Origin: Candidatus Kaiserbacteria bacterium
Lineage (GTDB): Bacteria > Patescibacteriota > Minisyncoccia > Phycocordibacterales > UBA2100
Direction of reading: 5' to 3'
Assembly (NCBI GenBank): GCA_028286865.1
Contig: JAQBQU010000006.1
Span: 2,639-66,638 of the forward strand
Length of the DNA: 64,000 nt
The first letter of the stretch is position 1. Every line of letters starts with the position of its first letter. Below the pieces are notes generated by a model. The model had not been told where the DNA came from, made no database searches, and worked only from the letters and a program-made list of their open reading frames with translations. Below, in pieces: positions 59,950-64,000 of the stretch. The position numbers and the translations under genes were made by a program.

Positions 59950-62271
59950 CTAACTTAAATAGAGACTTTTCTGCAATTCAAAAAAGGTCGATCGAATTGA
60001 ATCCACATCTCCAAGAGCGGTTATGGCGTTAGCAATAGCCTGATATTTTAAGTTTAAGAGTACAGGCAGTTTGTCTTCATCGAGCTCTTCTACGCCTTTC
60101 TCTTCATATTTTAAAAGTACAAATTTAAGAAATTCTTTGTGTTTTTCGTCCAATCCTTCAAGAATCTTATCTTTTGCCTGGTTTACACGCTCGACTCTCG
60201 TGACCGTTGGTGTGAGGAACGAGACATAGTTCAGAACATCAAATAAGTCACTCTTTTCTGCATCAATCATTTTTTGCAGTTCCTCTAACTGATCCTTACC
60301 ATACCCAAGAGCCGATATCTTTTCTAAAAACACCCTTCGTGTAATTGGGTCTGACCAAATCTTCCGCAACTCTTCCTCGCTCTTAAAGAATTCCGGCATC
60401 GCGCCAAACATATTGTCCATAAATTCTTGGATTGATACTGGCTTGCCGTCAGCGCCCCAAAAAGAGGTAGAGATCATATGTTGAATCTCACGCTCCTTAC
60501 CATCACGGAGTTTTATTTTGAGCTTTTTCTTTGGTGGCTCCTTATCGCATATACAAGGATTCTGCCCACACACGGGGCAAGGTCTTGGATCTCCACGGGG
60601 GCCATTACCTCCTGGTCCCGCTGGTGGCTCTTCCGTCGTATTTTCAATTGGATCCCCATCCCACTCTGGATCAGCAAAGTGATGATAAGCATCTACGAAG
60701 TCGTACACGGTGAAGTATTCCTTACCATCAAAAAGGCGAGTTCCGCGGCCAATGATCTGCTTAAACTCGATCATAGAGTTTACTGGTCGCATCAGTACGA
60801 TATTGCGAACATTTCTTGCATCTACTCCTGTAGAGAGTTTCTGTGAGGTGGTAAGCACTGTTGGAACAGTCTTTTCATTATCCTGAAACTCTCGGAGATA
60901 TTGCTCTCCGCGAGCACCATCATTTGCGGTTACTCGCTGGCAGTAATTTGGATCGCTACCATCTTTCATTTGGTTGACCAAATCGCGAACAGCGAGCGCA
61001 TGATCTTGTGTCGCACAAAAGATAATGGTTTTCTCAGCCTGATTGATCTCATCCATCACTACACGAACACGTTTTGCCTCACGTTCTTTTATAACAATAA
61101 CCTTATTGAAATCTGCTTCCTCGTAAATCTTCCCCTGCTCGACTTCTCCCTCAATGACCTGGTCGTCAGAGGTATAAATATAATCATCTAGTGTTGTCTT
61201 GATACGCTTCACCTTAAATGGTGTGAGAAATCCATCGTTCACACCCTCCTTGAGAGAATAGATATAAACTGGTTCACCAAAATATTTGTAGGTGTCCACA
61301 TTATCTTTTCTTTTTGGTGTAGCCGTGAGTCCCAGCTGCACGGCCGGTGCAAAGTATTCCAAAATTCCTCGCCAGTTTCCTTCATCATTTGCGCCGCCTC
61401 GGTGACACTCGTCGATGATAATGAGATCAAAAAAGTCTGATGGGTATTCACCGAAATACGGCATCCCGTCCGGGCCGCTCATGAATGTCTGAAATATAGT
61501 GAAATAGACGCTAGCACTCATTGGAACTCCCCCCTTCTTTCGAATGTCGAATGGATTAATGCGACTCTTTGCGTCTTTAGAAAATATCGAAAAGTCATTT
61601 CCCTCTGCCTGATCGGCGAGAATGTTTCTATCTGCCAAAAACAATATACGCGGTCGACGTTCGCCATCTCGTATTAAATTCCATCGCGACTGAAATAGCT
61701 TCCACGCGATTTGCGCTGCGACAGCAGTTTTACCTGTACCGGTCGCCATCGTGATCAATATCCGTGTCTTTTCTTCGGCTATTGCATCGAGAGCATTGTT
61801 AATCGCAAGCTCTTGGTAGTATCGCCTGCCATGATCACCCTCAATTCCCACGGAGGCGAACGTTTCTTTCCACTCGTTTTGATCTGAGAAAGTCTTCGCC
61901 CACAGTTCATCAGGTGTAGGGAATGCCTTTACTTCTCCCTCCTGCCCAGACTTCATTGAGATCTGGTAGAGCTCTCTACCATTTGTAGAGTAGGTGTAAT
62001 CAATGTGGAGTTTCTCTGCATACGACTTAGCTTGAGCCGCTCCTTCAGTTGCTGGCAAATCGATCGCTTTTGCCTCAACGACACCAATTTTACGGTTTTT
62101 GTAGACGAGAATATAGTCAGCAATTTCTGGTTTACTTCTCTTTCCACCCACTTGAATTTTACCGTCAGTAATACGAAACTCACGAAGAACTCTAGATCCA
62201 TCCACCTCACCCCATCCGCTTGCCTTAAGCATTGGGTCGATGTATTCAGCGCGTGTCTCTGACTCATTCAT
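59950..62271 (-). CDS. hsdR: Type I restriction enzyme R subunit (EcoEI-like architecture)
   Basis: N-terminal MNESETRAEYIDPMLKASGW nuclease-domain signature, ATGTGKT Walker A, IIIDECHRG DEAD box, QIIGRGTR motif VI, and a C-terminal EcoEI_R_C-like helical tail. Confidence 0.9.
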   Translation of the reverse strand: MNESETRAEYIDPMLKASGWGEVDGSRVLREFRITDGKIQVGGKRSKPEIADYILVYKNRKIGVVEAKAIDLPATEGAAQAKSYAEKLHIDYTYSTNGRELYQISMKSGQEGEVKAFPTPDELWAKTFSDQNEWKETFASVGIEGDHGRRYYQELAINNALDAIAEEKTRILITMATGTGKTAVAAQIAWKLFQSRWNLIRDGERRPRILFLADRNILADQAEGNDFSIFSKDAKSRINPFDIRKKGGVPMSASVYFTIFQTFMSGPDGMPYFGEYPSDFFDLIIIDECHRGGANDEGNWRGILEYFAPAVQLGLTATPKRKDNVDTYKYFGEPVYIYSLKEGVNDGFLTPFKVKRIKTTLDDYIYTSDDQVIEGEVEQGKIYEEADFNKVIVIKEREAKRVRVVMDEINQAEKTIIFCATQDHALAVRDLVNQMKDGSDPNYCQRVTANDGARGEQYLREFQDNEKTVPTVLTTSQKLSTGVDARNVRNIVLMRPVNSMIEFKQIIGRGTRLFDGKEYFTVYDFVDAYHHFADPEWDGDPIENTTEEPPAGPGGNGPRGDPRPCPVCGQNPCICDKEPPKKKLKIKLRDGKEREIQHMISTSFWGADGKPVSIQEFMDNMFGAMPEFFKSEEELRKIWSDPITRRVFLEKISALGYGKDQLEELQKMIDAEKSDLFDVLNYVSFLTPTVTRVERVNQAKDKILEGLDEKHKEFLKFVLLKYEEKGVEELDEDKLPVLLNLKYQAIANAITALGDVDSIRSTFFELQKSLYLS

Positions 62272-62290
62272 GGTGACTAACTATGCAATA

Positions 62291-63472
62291 TCAAAGCATC
62301 ACTGTAAATGCCTGCTCTAGGACCGACTTCTTGAGCTCCTCCAAATCCGCCAGTTTCTGCTCATATATTTTCTCGAGTCTCTTTGTCTCCGCTGAAAGTG
62401 CATTGAGTCTTTTTACGATAGCCTTTTGTTCGTTGAGTGGTGGAAAAGCTATTTCAATTGCTGAAAGTATGTCTGAGCTTACGTTCGGAAAGGTAGCCCC
62501 AATTCCCAGTTTATAAATCGTATTTCTAAGCGAAGCTATGTATATATTTAAAAGATCTTGATCAATTATGTAATTTTTTGCAGTTATTGAAGCAACCCCA
62601 CGCCCTAAACATGAATCTTGTCCGGCTATATTTGCTTTACCAGTTGTGGAACCTCTTACACAAAGTATTAAATCTCCTTTTTTACAAATTTTTGTAGGCT
62701 CAGTAGTGTATTTTGTTATATGTGTTTCGGAAAGTTGACCAGGACTAAATTCAACTGGGCCATTAATTAATGGCATGCCTATGCCCTGAGTATTATAAGT
62801 CTTACCTTTCGGACTTTGCCCCATTATGATCGTGGAGATATCCCCTAATCTTTTCTTACTCCACGATTTAATTGGCTTTGCAAAGACGCTCTGAAGGTAC
62901 GACTCAAAAAGATCTTTTGAGTTTTGTAGATTCTTCTCTGCATTTTCATTTGCGTTTGTTACTTTCTCAAAAACCTCCTCTAGCTTTTTCGCAATGACTT
63001 TCTGTTCAGGAATTGATACCGGATAGGAGATTTGTATCTCTTTCAAAACACTTCTCGCAAGTTCCGTTTGCCCACTTGCCCCAGCACCCAATCCTTTAAT
63101 TAAATCTTCCACGTACATCATTGCCCATCCAAAAAAAAGGTTGCTGAAAAGATTTTTTTTTGGTCGTACGATTGTGATGTGAGAATCCACTACCGCGGGT
63201 GTTTCAATTGATCTTACCTGAGCGACCCTACCTAACGTTCCAACACCGGTTGAGTTAACCAAGACATCACCAACTTGAATGAGTTTGTCTGCAGAGTGTT
63301 TCTTGCTGATATGATCGTGCCGTCGTGCTTCGGCATAACTTATTTCGTGATTTCTTATACATTTTTGATTGAGAACAAGAGTGCCACCCCCATCAATATA
63401 TCTGGGCGATATTCCCCGTACTAGCAAGTCAGTGACTTCACCAAGTTTTTTTGTTTGCCAATGGTTAGTCAT
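62291..63472 (-). CDS. hsdS: Type I restriction-modification specificity subunit
   Basis: Two target-recognition halves, each followed by a conserved helical spacer (IPEQKVIAKKLEEVFEK.. and LNEQKAIVKRLNALSAETKRLEKIYEQKLADLEELKKSVLEQAF). Confidence 0.9.
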   Translation of the reverse strand: MTNHWQTKKLGEVTDLLVRGISPRYIDGGGTLVLNQKCIRNHEISYAEARRHDHISKKHSADKLIQVGDVLVNSTGVGTLGRVAQVRSIETPAVVDSHITIVRPKKNLFSNLFFGWAMMYVEDLIKGLGAGASGQTELARSVLKEIQISYPVSIPEQKVIAKKLEEVFEKVTNANENAEKNLQNSKDLFESYLQSVFAKPIKSWSKKRLGDISTIIMGQSPKGKTYNTQGIGMPLINGPVEFSPGQLSETHITKYTTEPTKICKKGDLILCVRGSTTGKANIAGQDSCLGRGVASITAKNYIIDQDLLNIYIASLRNTIYKLGIGATFPNVSSDILSAIEIAFPPLNEQKAIVKRLNALSAETKRLEKIYEQKLADLEELKKSVLEQAFTVML

Positions 63473-64000
63473 GAATTTGTTTTGAGATCCTCTTCAGGAT
63501 AGAGTCAGCTTCTGCGTCCAACTGGCTCATCTCTTTTAGGATTTCTTTGGGTGTGCGTAGCGCAACATCGAGCACTTTGTTTGGATTCTTGGATGGGAGC
63601 GTAGCGGTGCTCTTATCTACATCAGATATTTCGATGCTCCAAGAGTTATCACTATGCGCCTTCGTTTTCTGAAACTTTACAAATTCTGCCAAATCATCTT
63701 GACTCAAAGGACTTCCTTTTCCCAAGTTACGTCCCAAGTTAAGCTGGTAAAACCAAACCTTCTTTGTTGATTTTCCTTTTTCAAAAAAGAGAACCACGGT
63801 CTTTACACCTGCGCCTGCAAATACTCCCGACGGAAGATCCAATACGGTATGAAGATTACAACTCTCAAGTAGTAGTTTACGAAGACTGACAGAGGCATTA
63901 TCGGTATTTGAAAGGAAAGTATTTTTAATAACGATGCCAGCTCGGCCACCAGCCTTTAAACTTTTTATGAAGTGTTGAAGAAATAGGAAGGCTGTTTCAC
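63465..64000 (-). CDS. hsdM: Type I R-M DNA methyltransferase subunit, C-terminal part (continues beyond the window)
   Basis: I translated the frame by hand upstream of the ORF-track start: ..FLFLQHFIKSLKAGGRAGIVIKNTFLSNTDNASVSLRKLLLESCNLHTVLDLPSGVFAGAGVKTVVLFF. It has no stop up to nt 64000. 8-nt overlap with hsdS. Confidence 0.9.
   Translation of the reverse strand, partial: ETAFLFLQHFIKSLKAGGRAGIVIKNTFLSNTDNASVSLRKLLLESCNLHTVLDLPSGVFAGAGVKTVVLFFEKGKSTKKVWFYQLNLGRNLGKGSPLSQDDLAEFVKFQKTKAHSDNSWSIEISDVDKSTATLPSKNPNKVLDVALRTPKEILKEMSQLDAEADSILKRISKQIHD

Overview
High-GC, gene-dense bacterial chromosome segment, about 70 supportable CDS plus one tRNA and one riboswitch. Most of it is housekeeping: a multi-S1-domain protein, pth, lepB, rpsU, ybeY, ftsA/ftsZ, trxB, pyrE/pyrF/pyrD, purC, htpX, groES/groEL, secG, RNase J, ddl, nth, a mutY-like gene, metK behind a SAM-I riboswitch, glmS, a cyclophilin PPIase and tRNA-Ser(GGA). 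The gene content (LemA/DUF2207, sortase, DUF5666, SIMPL, an EVE domain protein, a very large secreted protein, many short lineage-specific ORFs) suggests a small-genome, possibly Patescibacteria/CPR-like organism. That placement is inference only. Accessory content sits mainly at the right end: an ArsR/VOC pair, a TrxR-like cassette and an AT-rich type I R-M operon (hsdM-hsdS-hsdR) that runs off the window. Signals worth a second look: (1) four intergenic nested-hairpin elements (27211-27324, 38819-38910, 55315-55398, inverted at 15430-15516) with one three-stem architecture and different but compensating stem sequences; (2) a GIY-YIG ORF bracketed by a duplicated 5' segment of tRNA-Ser; (3) a 2274-aa secreted protein with a lytic-transglycosylase-like module; (4) an AT-rich ftsA-ftsZ spacer carrying a 34-aa hydrophobic ORF with its own consensus promoter; (5) a HisRS paralog that looks catalytically degenerate; (6) a sortase next to a 73-aa protein that is little more than signal peptide plus sorting-signal-like tail; (7) a duplicated palindromic operator with a C11T8 homopolymer and a G-rich tract upstream of arsR. 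All calls come from reading the sequence and ORF translations. No database search was run.
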